A program made the position numbers and the translations under genes. From NCBI GenBank assembly GCA_945917765.1, contig CAMEHU010000003.1:8719-72718 (forward strand): a stretch of DNA of 64,000 nt, written 5' to 3'. Source of the DNA: an uncultured Lachnospiraceae bacterium (lineage in GTDB: Bacteria; Bacillota; Clostridia; TANB77; CAG-508). Positions 39,431 to 48,914 of the stretch are shown here, piece by piece. The notes under the pieces are model-generated. The model worked only from the letters and a program-made list of their open reading frames with translations, was not told where the DNA came from and made no database searches. Every line of letters starts with the position of its first letter. The first letter of the stretch is position 1.

Positions 39431-41422
39431 TTATTTTTTTAGATATGCCAATACATCATATACATCTAACAAATTGACTGTTCCATCTCCATTTGCATCT
39501 AAAGATGAATTATAATCATTATTATTTTTTAGGTATGCTAATATATCATATGCATCTAATAAATTCAATTGACCATCACTATTTATATCTCTTACTCCAG
39601 AATTTGATACACCATTATTGTTACCATTTCCTCCATCTTCATACCTCAAATAGTTATTAGCCATATATCCTTCTAAACCTTCTAAAGTAACAATCTTATC
39701 CCAAGTATATCCATTTGCAGTTCCTGCTGCTTTTTGTTGAACTGTTACTTTTGTATCTTTTACTAATGCTGTAACAATTGAATGTCCTGTTCCAACACCA
39801 CTTCTTACATAAACTTTACCATCAGGATTACAATTTACATATGCCATTTGATAATTTGGAGCTTGTGATGTTTCAGTTAAATAATCACTTACTAAATAAC
39901 CTTGCGCTCCATTGCTTAATTTAATTCTTGACCAATTATATCCATCAAGCCCATTATATTTTCCTGATTCCATTATTGTAACAGATTGTCCTGAAGTTAG
40001 TGTTCTAATAACTGTTGTATTTGTTGTTCCAGGTCCATTTCTTAAGTTTACATTAACATTTGCAATTGCAGAAACATTTACATTTGATACATCTTCAATC
40101 TGAGTTACATAGTCTCTTGCGATATATCCTTTATCACCATTTGGTAAAACCACTTTATCCCAGTAATGTCCATCAATTTCAGCTCCTGCTGTTTCAATTC
40201 TTAAAAGAATATCACCTGAATTTACTTTTGTTAATTCAGCATTTGAAGTTCCTCTACCTGTTCTTATTGTAACACTATCACCTGTTACTTTAACATTTTG
40301 AGTTACAACTGAAATATTATCTCCAGCATAGTAACCATCTCTTGGCATATTGTAATATACAGGAATTACAAAGTTAATACTACTATCTAGTAATCCCATA
40401 CTTTCGTATGAACTTCTTACAGTATTTCCTTCTGTTAATGCTGCTGAAACATTTTGCATATATTGGTGATAATATAAACTTCCATCTGAATTATCTACAT
40501 CAAATTTTTGTAAATATAATGTAGATTGTCCTCTTGATATGTAACTAGAAGCTATAAAGCCAGCTCCACCTTTAATAGATTTTTCTGGGTCATCCCAACC
40601 TTGTGTTTGAGCATGATTTAAAGCATTTCCTATTATATCTCCACCTGTTGCTTTAATATTAAAGAAATTGTAATATCCAACATGTCCTGAAATTGTTCCT
40701 TTTCCTGTTGAGCTTGCTGTGCTATTTGAACCTTGCTCTTGTTTAATTCTTGCAGCTAAGTGATATGGACTTACTCCTGCCTCTTTTGCAGCTTCCATAA
40801 TTACTTGAGCATATGATTTATAAATAACACCTGTTGAGCCATCTGTTTTAGTATAATAGATTGAATCTCCACACGCCCAAGGAACAGTACTTAATATTTT
40901 ATTTACTCCATCAATGTTTTGAATATCCCCATTATATCCTAAATCTTCAAATTGAAAAATATTACTATCATTTAACCAGTTTCTTGGATCCATATAATAT
41001 GCAACTGCTGTTTCAGAAGCACATTTCCATCTTCCTGAATCATATGTTCTGTCACCACAAGTTGAACAAACCCAACTTCCTGTGTTTGTATAATAAATCA
41101 AATTTCTTCCATGAACTGCTACTGTTTCATTTTTTATTACATCATTCCAATCTAATCCTGTTTCCAAAATAGTAAAATTCCAGTTAGGATGTTTAGCTTT
41201 TAAATTTTGTAATAATGTATCATATCCATAATAACTACTTAAACTCCCTGCAGAATATGGATATTTTCTTTGTGCTGCAAACGTTTTCATTGGCAATAGC
41301 ATTTCCAAACACAAATACATTATTATATTTAAAGCTAATATTTTTTCTATTAATTTTCTTCTGTAATTTCTTGGTAAAAAGCTACTTTTTGACACTTTTT
41401 CCCGCCTCCTCTTTTGCAACAT
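39431..41422 (-). CDS. peptidoglycan N-acetylglucosaminidase (GH73-like) with three SH3b repeats and a C-terminal dockerin-type module
   Basis: GVSPYHLAARIKQEQG...YNFFNIKATGG (glucosaminidase). Three SH3b-like repeats (GYIARDYV, GYLVSDYL, GYMANNYL). Duplicated Ca-binding segments DINSDGQLNLLDAYDILAYL and DANGDGTVNLLDVYDVLAYL. Confidence 0.8.
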   Translation of the reverse strand: MLQKRRREKVSKSSFLPRNYRRKLIEKILALNIIMYLCLEMLLPMKTFAAQRKYPYSAGSLSSYYGYDTLLQNLKAKHPNWNFTILETGLDWNDVIKNETVAVHGRNLIYYTNTGSWVCSTCGDRTYDSGRWKCASETAVAYYMDPRNWLNDSNIFQFEDLGYNGDIQNIDGVNKILSTVPWACGDSIYYTKTDGSTGVIYKSYAQVIMEAAKEAGVSPYHLAARIKQEQGSNSTASSTGKGTISGHVGYYNFFNIKATGGDIIGNALNHAQTQGWDDPEKSIKGGAGFIASSYISRGQSTLYLQKFDVDNSDGSLYYHQYMQNVSAALTEGNTVRSSYESMGLLDSSINFVIPVYYNMPRDGYYAGDNISVVTQNVKVTGDSVTIRTGRGTSNAELTKVNSGDILLRIETAGAEIDGHYWDKVVLPNGDKGYIARDYVTQIEDVSNVNVSAIANVNVNLRNGPGTTNTTVIRTLTSGQSVTIMESGKYNGLDGYNWSRIKLSNGAQGYLVSDYLTETSQAPNYQMAYVNCNPDGKVYVRSGVGTGHSIVTALVKDTKVTVQQKAAGTANGYTWDKIVTLEGLEGYMANNYLRYEDGGNGNNNGVSNSGVRDINSDGQLNLLDAYDILAYLKNNNDYNSSLDANGDGTVNLLDVYDVLAYLKK

Positions 41423-41436
41423 ATTTTTACAAATTT

Positions 41437-41465
41437 AGTATATCATTGTTGGCAAAAAAGGTCAA
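41437..41465 (-). promoter_or_regulatory. candidate sigma-A promoter of the glucosaminidase gene
   Basis: Minus-strand TTGACC-N17-TATACT, about 15 nt upstream of the ATG region. Confidence 0.5.
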
Positions 41466-41520
41466 TGTTATTAGAATAAGTTACGAAAATGTAATATTTG
41501 TGTAATATTTACGAAATATT

Positions 41521-41765
41521 TTGAATTGGGTTTGAATTGGGGACGTTTTGAATTGGGAACGGAGAAGATTTTTTGAATTGGGGACGGAGAAGATTTTAAA
41601 TTTTTGAAATTAGGGACAGAGATAAAAATTCTCTGTCCTTTAACTTACAGAAATTATAATTATCTCTGTCCCTAATTTCAAAAATTTAAAATCTTCTCCG
41701 TCCCCAATTCAAAAAATCTTCTCCGTTCCCAATTCAAAACGTCCCCAATTCAAAACGTCTCCAAC
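41521..41765. repeat. 245-bp composite palindrome, AATTGGGGACG family, copy C
   Basis: Inverted repeat 41532..41753, perfect arms with a central non-pairing segment. Each arm contains four TTGAATTGGG(G/A)AC motifs, including two tandem ~25-nt units ttttgaattggg[ga]acggagaagat. The centre contains gacagag/ctctgtc hairpins. It ends at the ppdK stop codon. Confidence 0.9.
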
Positions 41766-44385
41766 TTAAAATCTCACAGCTGCCTGTGCTGCAGCTAATC
41801 TTGCAATTGGCACTCTAAATGGTGAACACGAAACATAATTTAGCCCAACTCTATGGCAAAACTCAACAGATTTAGGGTCTCCACCATGCTCCCCACAAAT
41901 TCCAAGTTCAATATCAGGTCTTGTTGATTTTCCTAATTTCACAGCAGTTTCTACTAATTTTCCAACACCATTTTCATCAATCCTTTGAAATGGATCAAAA
42001 TCAAAAATCTTTTTATCATAATATGATTTCAAGAATTTTCCTGCATCATCACGGCTAAAACCATAAGTTAGTTGCGTTAGATCATTTGTTCCAAAAGAGA
42101 AGAATTCTGCTTCTTTTGCTATTTCATCAGCAATAATACATGCTCTTGGAATCTCAATCATAGTACCAACCATATATTCCAATTCAACTTCATATGCTTT
42201 TATCACCTTTTCAGCAGTTTCAGTAATTAAATCCTTAACATATTTTATTTCTTTGATATCACCTATTAATGGAATCATTATTTCTGGATGAACTTCAATT
42301 CCATCTTTTTTTACGTTAATTGCCGCTTCTATAATTGCCCTTGTTTGCATAACAGCAATCTCAGGATAAGTTACATCTAATCTACACCCTCTATGTCCCA
42401 TCATTGGATTAAATTCATGTAAATCAACAACAATTTCCTTTAATTCCTCAAAAGACATATTCATATTTTTAGCTAATTCACCAATCTCCCAATCTTCATG
42501 TGGTAAAAATTCATGTAATGGTGGGTCTAACAATCTTATTGTAACAGGATATCCCTTCATAGTTCTAAACAATTCTTCAAAATCACCTCTTTGCATTGGT
42601 AAAATCTTTTCTAATGCACTTGCTCGTTGTTCAGGAGTTTTTGAAACAATCATTTGACGAATTGCAGAAATTCTATCTGCTTCAAAAAACATATGCTCTG
42701 TTCTACATAAACCTATACCCTGAGCTCCAAAATCAAATGCTTGTTTTGCATCTCTTGCATTATCTGCATTTGCACGAACTTCCAATTTTCTAAAAGAATC
42801 TGCCCAGCCCATAAATTTTGCAAAATCACCTGAAACAGTACTGTCAACAGTTTCAATTTTTTCACCATATACAATTCCAGTTCCACCATCAAGTGAAATG
42901 TAATCTCCCTCATGGAAAACTTCACCATTTGATGTAACAAAACTATTGTCCTGCTCATTAATAGTTAATTCCCCACATCCAGCTATACAACAAGTTCCCA
43001 TACCACGAGCAACAACTGCAGCATGTGATGTCATACCACCTCTTACTGTTAAAATTCCATTACAAACAACCATTCCTTCAATATCTTCAGGAGATGTTTC
43101 TAATCTTACTAAAATTAATTCTTTTTCACCAGCTTCAGCTAATTCTTGAGCCTTGCTTGCTGAAAAAACAACTTTTCCAGTCCCTGCACCTGGTGATGCT
43201 GGTAAGCCTTTTGCTATTACTTTAGCCTTTTTCAATTTATTAGCATCGAAATTTGGATGTAATAATTGTTCTAATTGCTTAGGATCAATTTTTAATATTG
43301 CTTCTTCTTTTGTAATTAACCCTTCGTTTTCCATATCAACTGCAATTTTCATTGCAGCATTTGCAGTTCTTTTTCCATTTCTAGTTTGCAAAATATATAA
43401 TTTTCCATGTTCAATTGTAAATTCCATATCTTGCATATCTTTATAATGTTCTTCTAATTTTTTTGCATAACCTATAAATTCATTATATGCTTTCTCATTT
43501 ATATTTTTTAATGTTTCAAATTCTGACGGAGTTCTAACACCTGCAACAACATCTTCGCCCTGTGCATTCATTAAAAACTCACCGAAAACTTTATTTTCAC
43601 CAGTTGCAGGATTACGTGAAAATGCAACTCCAGTTCCACAATCATCTCCCATATTTCCAAAAACCATTTGTTGTACATTTACAGCAGTTCCCCAACTTGA
43701 AGGAATATCATTTAAACGTCTATATGTTATTGCTCTTGGATTATTCCATGACCTAAACACTGCTTTAACCGAATCTATTAATTGTTCTCTTGAATTTTGA
43801 GGGAAATCCTCACCAATTTGCTCTCTATAGATTCCTTTAAAAACTTTTACTAAATCTTCCAAATCATTTGCATCCATATCAGTATCAAGTTTTAAACCTC
43901 TTTGGTATTTTTTTGTATCAATAGCATCTTCAAACAATTTCTTAGGAATTTCTTTAACTACATCACTATACATTTGAATAAACCTTCTGTAACTATCAAA
44001 TGCAAACCTTCTATTTTTTACAGCCAAAGTTTGAACAACCTCATCATTTATCCCTAAATTTAAAATTGTATCCATCATTCCAGGCATAGAAGCTCTTGCT
44101 CCTGAACGAACTGATATTAATAATGGATTTTCTCTATCACCAAGTTTTTTGCCAACTAAATTCTCAAGTTTTTCTAACCCATCATAAATCTGTGCTATTA
44201 TATCTTCAGATATATTTTCATGATTATCATAGTAATTGTTACATGCCTCTGTTGTAATTGTAAAACCACCAGGAACAGGCAATCCGAAGATTTGTCATTT
44301 CTGCAAGATTTGCCCCTTTTCCTCCTAATAATTCACGCATATTACTATTTCCTTCATTAAATAAATATACGAATTTTTTTTCCAT
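41766..44385 (-). pseudogene. ppdK: pyruvate, phosphate dikinase, interrupted by a 1-nt frameshift at codon ~34 (about 44284-44287)
   Basis: ATG at 44385 behind AGGAGG encodes MEKKFVYLFNEGNSNMRELLGGKGANLAEMTNL. The frame is then lost at CTT C GGA TTG CCT. The +1 frame continues GLPVPGGFTITTEAC... for 838 aa, with catalytic GGMTSHAAVVARG and the C-terminal motif GICGEHGGDP. Confidence 0.88.
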
Positions 44386-44483
44386 ACTTTATTTTCCTCC
44401 TTTGTAATATTTTCACATTTTTCAAAATAATTATAACATAAATAAAAAAAATACAAACAATTTTATAGAAAAATTTATAATAT

Positions 44484-44530
44484 AATAAAAACTCAAACTG
44501 TTACAACTATCTATTTAACAGTTTGAGTTT
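44484..44530 (-). terminator. rho-independent terminator after the 132-aa ORF
   Basis: 15-bp stem aaactcaaactgtta / taacagtttgagttt, followed on the minus strand by ttttt. Confidence 0.75.
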
Positions 44531-44549
44531 ATTTCACATTGTATTATTT

Positions 44550-44948
44550 CTACAATTCTAAATCATCATCATCTTTTATTCTATTAGCTTTTCCTTTTTT
44601 TACCTCTTTAAGTTTTTCTTTAGGAGTTATTCTTTTTAAAAAATTTTCTTTTTCAGCCTTTTTTTGATTAGATTTTTTTAAAGTAATCTTTCTAATTCCT
44701 TGGTCAATTATTCTACTTAATTCATCAATATTTTCAATAGATTCTCTAACAGATTTTATTGGCAATTTTGTTTCTATCATTATCTCAAATTCATTTTTTT
44801 GCATTCTATATAATCCAAATACTTTCTTTAATTCCTTATCTTTTTCAATTAAACTATTCAGAATAGTATTTCTATTTCTTTCGCCTGTAGCATATATTTT
44901 ATCAAGTTTTTTTATCAATTCATCTGTTATTTCAATCACGTATCTCAC
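44550..44948 (-). CDS. hypothetical charged protein (132 aa)
   Basis: ORF directly downstream of glyQS with its own terminator. No family recognised. Confidence 0.45.
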   Translation of the reverse strand: MRYVIEITDELIKKLDKIYATGERNRNTILNSLIEKDKELKKVFGLYRMQKNEFEIMIETKLPIKSVRESIENIDELSRIIDQGIRKITLKKSNQKKAEKENFLKRITPKEKLKEVKKGKANRIKDDDDLEL

Positions 44949-44971
44949 TCCATTACAAAACTAAATAATCC

Positions 44972-46354
44972 TTAAAATTCGATTTTCTTTTCAATCCAAT
45001 TAGCCAATTCATCAATGGAAATTCTAACTTGTTCCATTGTGTCTCTATCTCTAACAGTTACTTGATTATCTTCTAAAGTATCGAAATCAATAGTTACACA
45101 ATATGGTGTACCAATTTCATCTTCTCTTCTATATCTTTTTCCAATACTTCCAGCTTCATCATAATCACACATAAATTTCTTTGATAGCATTTCATACACT
45201 TCATTTGCTTTTTCACTTAATTTTTTAGATAAAGGTAAAACTGCAACTTTATAAGGAGCCAATGCTGGATGTAAATGTAAAACTGTACGAACGTCTCCTT
45301 CAGCAATCTCTTCTTCATCATATGCATTACATAAAAATGCAAGCGCAACTCTATCACATCCAAGTGATGGTTCAATTACATAAGGAACATATTTTTCATT
45401 TGTTTCAGGGTCTAAATAAGATAAGTCTTGTTTAGAATGTTCCATATGTCTGCTTAAATCATAATCAGTTCTAGAAGCAATTCCCCATAATTCACCCCAA
45501 CCAAATGGGAATGTAAATTCAATATCTGTTGTTGCATTACTATAATGAGATAATTCTTCTTTACTGTGGTCTCTTAATCTGATATTTTCTTCTTTAATTC
45601 CTAAACTTAATAACCAATTCCTACAAAATTCTTTCCAGTATTTGTGCCATTCTAATTCTGTTCCTGGTTTGCAGAAAAACTCTAATTCCATTTGTTCAAA
45701 TTCACGAATTCTGAAAATAAAGTTTCCTGGAGTAATTTCATTTCTAAAAGATTTACCAATTTGAGCTATACCCATTGGTAATTTTCTTCTTGTTGTTCTT
45801 TGAACATTCTTGAAGTTTACAAATATACCTTGAGCTGTTTCTGGTCTTAAATAAATCTCAGATTTTGCGTCTTCTGTAACTCCTTGGAATGTTTTAAACA
45901 TTAAATTGAATTTACGAATATCTGTGAAGTTTTCCTTTCCACAATTTGGACAAGCGATATGATGTTCTTTCATATAATCAATCATTTTTTCATCTGGCCA
46001 ACCATCAACTACTTCTTCACAATTATTTTCATGCATCCATTCTTCAATTAATTTGTCTGCTCTATGTCTAGTTTTACATTCTCTACAGTCAATTAATGGA
46101 TCACTAAAACCTCCTACATGTCCTGAAGCTACCCATGTTTGTGGATTCATTAAAATTGCTGCATCTAACCCAACATTGTATTTACTTTCTTGAACAAATT
46201 TCTTTCTCCATGCATTTTTAATATTTTGCTTTAATTCAACTCCTAAAGGTCCATAATCCCATGAATTTGCTAATCCTCCATAAATTTCTGACCCTGGATA
46301 TACATATCCTCTACCTTTACATAAAGCAACTAATTTTTCCATGTTATCTAACAT
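44972..46354 (-). CDS. glyQS: glycine--tRNA ligase (dimeric alpha2 type)
   Basis: 460 aa. The N-terminus [38 protein letters not shown] is characteristic of GlyQS, and a T-box leader lies upstream. Confidence 0.95.
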   Translation of the reverse strand: MLDNMEKLVALCKGRGYVYPGSEIYGGLANSWDYGPLGVELKQNIKNAWRKKFVQESKYNVGLDAAILMNPQTWVASGHVGGFSDPLIDCRECKTRHRADKLIEEWMHENNCEEVVDGWPDEKMIDYMKEHHIACPNCGKENFTDIRKFNLMFKTFQGVTEDAKSEIYLRPETAQGIFVNFKNVQRTTRRKLPMGIAQIGKSFRNEITPGNFIFRIREFEQMELEFFCKPGTELEWHKYWKEFCRNWLLSLGIKEENIRLRDHSKEELSHYSNATTDIEFTFPFGWGELWGIASRTDYDLSRHMEHSKQDLSYLDPETNEKYVPYVIEPSLGCDRVALAFLCNAYDEEEIAEGDVRTVLHLHPALAPYKVAVLPLSKKLSEKANEVYEMLSKKFMCDYDEAGSIGKRYRREDEIGTPYCVTIDFDTLEDNQVTVRDRDTMEQVRISIDELANWIEKKIEF

Positions 46355-46367
46355 TTTAAATTCCTCC

Positions 46368-46508
46368 TTTTAAATTGGGGACGGAGAAAATTTTAAATTT
46401 TTAAAACTAGGGACAGACTTTAATAATTTTAATTTCAAAACAGTCCAAACTTATAAGTCTGTCCCCAGTTTTAAAAATTTAAAATTTTCTCCGTCCCCAA
46501 TTTAAAAA
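46368..46508. repeat. ~140-bp palindrome, AATTGGGGACG family, copy D, inside the glyQS 5' UTR
   Basis: Arms taaattggggacggagaaaattttaaatttttaaaact[ag]gggacagact (49 nt, 1 mismatch). The module is shared with the inner part of copy C. It lies between the T-box terminator U tract and the SD (cctcc at 46363..46367). Confidence 0.9.
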
Positions 46509-46510
46509 TC

Positions 46511-46725
46511 AAAAAACTTCCGTCCCAACTAGCTTAAATAATAGCTAGGGACGAAAGTTCTAATTCCGCGGTTCCACCCTAATTGATAGTTTTTTAACTA
46601 TCCTCTTTATTACACTTTTTAGCTCCAAAGCTCCAAAATATATAAATATTACTAATTTTCACCAACCATTAGCTCTCTATAAATATAAAAATATATTTCC
46701 TCTTTTTCAACGCTATTTTTTATTT
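46511..46725 (-). promoter_or_regulatory. T-box riboswitch leader (glycine-specific by context) with terminator
   Basis: Minus-strand features are as follows. Stem I elements: AGCGTTGAAAAAGAGG, AGAGAG and the distal loop GGTGAAA. Stem III: gatagtt-aaaaa-aactatc. T-box sequence AATTAGGGTGGAACCGCGG (46566..46580 holds ccgcggttccaccct on the plus strand). Terminator: cgtccctagct...agctagttgggacg plus a U run (46511..46558). Confidence 0.85.
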
Positions 46726-46730
46726 ACACT

Positions 46731-46758
46731 ATTTTATCACATTTTTTAGAAAAGTCAA
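46731..46758 (-). promoter_or_regulatory. sigma-A promoter of the glyQS T-box leader
   Basis: Minus-strand TTGACT-N16-TAAAAT with a TGa extended -10. Confidence 0.55.
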
Positions 46759-46792
46759 GAGCTAAATGAATCAAAACCTAATTAAACTAAAC

Positions 46793-47467
46793 CTAATAAG
46801 CCTCAAAACTCTCAACCATTTTTTCAACAACTGGCAAGTGATTCTTAACAAACTCCTTACCACAACTAACCTCTAGCAAGAAATAAGCATCACCATTTTC
46901 AATATAATAATTTCTCTTTACACCATTTTCTTTCTCCAATTCCTCAACATAGCATAACTTCCCATTGATTTCTTTTGTTTTAACACTATACTGACTATTT
47001 TCTGCCTTTTTAGCTGAAGCCTCTTCTAACAAATCCTTTGCCTTTGTCTTAAAACCATCTTTAAAATAAGTAACCTCAACCCAAATAGTATCAGACACCA
47101 AAGATTTAAAACTATCTTTATCCTTAACATATGGATCTTTATAAAAACCATCAACCTCATAACTAAATGTATATCTAGGTCCACGATAATCTCTCAAAGT
47201 AATTTCTTTTTTCTCTCCATCTACAATTATATTTTCCTTTTTGTCTAATTCCTTATAATCTTCTTTATCTTTATCTTTATCTTTATCTTCATCTTGATTA
47301 ACAGAAAAAATACTATCTTGTTCTGTTTTGTCATTTTTCTTATCACTATTTTCATTATTAGAGCTTGATTTTATAGCAAATACTATAGCCCCAACAATAA
47401 TAGCAATAATCAATATTAGAACAAAAATCGCTCCTACCAAATTAATCTTTATAACCTTTCTTTCCAT
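46793..47467 (-). CDS. hypothetical membrane-anchored protein (224 aa)
   Basis: N-terminal TM segment LVGAIFVLILIIAIIVGAIVFAI, a DKDKDK low-complexity linker and a globular C-domain. No family recognised. Confidence 0.5.
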   Translation of the reverse strand: MERKVIKINLVGAIFVLILIIAIIVGAIVFAIKSSSNNENSDKKNDKTEQDSIFSVNQDEDKDKDKDKEDYKELDKKENIIVDGEKKEITLRDYRGPRYTFSYEVDGFYKDPYVKDKDSFKSLVSDTIWVEVTYFKDGFKTKAKDLLEEASAKKAENSQYSVKTKEINGKLCYVEELEKENGVKRNYYIENGDAYFLLEVSCGKEFVKNHLPVVEKMVESFEAY

Positions 47468-47502
47468 TTTATCTTGTGTTCCTTTCTTAAAATTTATTAA
47501 AT

Positions 47503-48822
47503 CTATTTTTTGTTTTCATACCCAGGCTTTTCTAAAAGTCTAAACATATTTGTTTTATATTTTTCAACACCTGGTTGATTAAATGGATTTACCCCTAATA
47601 ATAACCCTGACATTGCACATGCTTTTTCAAAGAAATAAATTAAGTGTCCAATAGTTTCAGCACTTAAATCCTCCATCACAATAATAATATTAGGCACTCC
47701 TCCATCTTTATGGGCCTCAATTGTACCCTCCATTGCTTTTTGATTGACGTAGTGCAAAGTTTTATCTGCTAAATAATTTAATCCGTCTAAATTATCTTCT
47801 TCATAATTAATTTTAATATCAGATTTTTCATTTTTTATTTTAAGAACTGTTTCAAATAAACATCTTCTACCCTCTTGAATATATTGACCTAATGAATGTA
47901 AATCTGTTGTAAATTCAGCACCTGCTGGAAAAATCCCTTTTAATTCTTTTCCTTCACTCTCACCATATAATTGTTTCCACCATTCTATAAAATAATGCAA
48001 TTTAGGATTATATCCAACTAACAATTCAATATTTTTTTCTTTTTTATATAACACATTTCTACTAACAGCATATTTATAACAATCATTATATTTTAAATTT
48101 GGATCATTATATTTTTCTTGTGCAAAACGAGCTCCAGCCATTAATTTATCTATATCAATCCCGGCAACGGCAATAGGAAGTAAACCAACAGGAGTTAAAA
48201 CAGAATATCTTCCTCCAATATTATTTGGAATTACAAATTTTTCATAACCTTCTTCATCTGCTAATTGCTTTAAAGCGCCTTTTTCTTTGTCTGTTGTAAC
48301 AAAAATCCTTTTTTGAGCTTCTTTTAATCCGTACTTATCTTCTAATAAATTTCTAAAAATTCTAAAAGCAATCGCTGGTTCTGTTGTTGTACCAGATTTT
48401 GAAATAACATTTATAGAAAAATCCTTATCTTGTACATATTCAATAACATCATTTATATAACTAGTACTTAAATTATTTCCAACATACAAAATCTGTGGAA
48501 ACTTTCTTTGTTCTCTATCTTGCATATTATAAAACGAACTTGTTAAAGCTTCAATAACAGCTCTAGCTCCTAAATATGATCCGCCAATTCCAATTACTAA
48601 AAGAACATCTGAATTTTCCTGAATCATTTTAGCACATTTTTTTATTTTATCAAATTCTCTTTTATTAGATTTACTTGGCAAATGTAACCATCCTAAAAAT
48701 TCATCTTGATCATTAGCTTTTTTATTCATCATCATATGTAATTTTTGAACTTCTTCTGAGTAAACTATAATCTCTTTTCCTGTCAAATTACTTTTTCTAA
48801 AATTAACTTTAATATTTGACAT
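47503..48822 (-). CDS. pgi: glucose-6-phosphate isomerase
   Basis: [11 protein letters not shown] and the SKSGTTTEP motif. Start set at MSNIKVNF behind a GGAG RBS. Confidence 0.92.
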   Translation of the reverse strand: MSNIKVNFRKSNLTGKEIIVYSEEVQKLHMMMNKKANDQDEFLGWLHLPSKSNKREFDKIKKCAKMIQENSDVLLVIGIGGSYLGARAVIEALTSSFYNMQDREQRKFPQILYVGNNLSTSYINDVIEYVQDKDFSINVISKSGTTTEPAIAFRIFRNLLEDKYGLKEAQKRIFVTTDKEKGALKQLADEEGYEKFVIPNNIGGRYSVLTPVGLLPIAVAGIDIDKLMAGARFAQEKYNDPNLKYNDCYKYAVSRNVLYKKEKNIELLVGYNPKLHYFIEWWKQLYGESEGKELKGIFPAGAEFTTDLHSLGQYIQEGRRCLFETVLKIKNEKSDIKINYEEDNLDGLNYLADKTLHYVNQKAMEGTIEAHKDGGVPNIIIVMEDLSAETIGHLIYFFEKACAMSGLLLGVNPFNQPGVEKYKTNMFRLLEKPGYENKK

Positions 48823-48914
48823 CACACTCACTCCTTCATTTGTATCTGCCATAATTCTACATTAACTGACAAATAATTTCAAGCCCTAAATTTCAATTTA
48901 CCAAAGATGTGCAA

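Noticed and set aside
44284-44286. Programmed +1 ribosomal frameshifting or unassigned-codon decoding at a rare CGG codon (all three shifts are at CGG-A in the zero frame).
   Set aside because: In-frame CGG ACT is apparently read normally in two other ORFs (16288..16283, and 20080..20078 in a signal-peptide n-region), and CGG is used as Arg several times in 33169..34305. No slippery P-site codon is shared, and there is no stimulatory element. Artefact or mutation is more parsimonious. The shared context is reported as a finding rather than as recoding.
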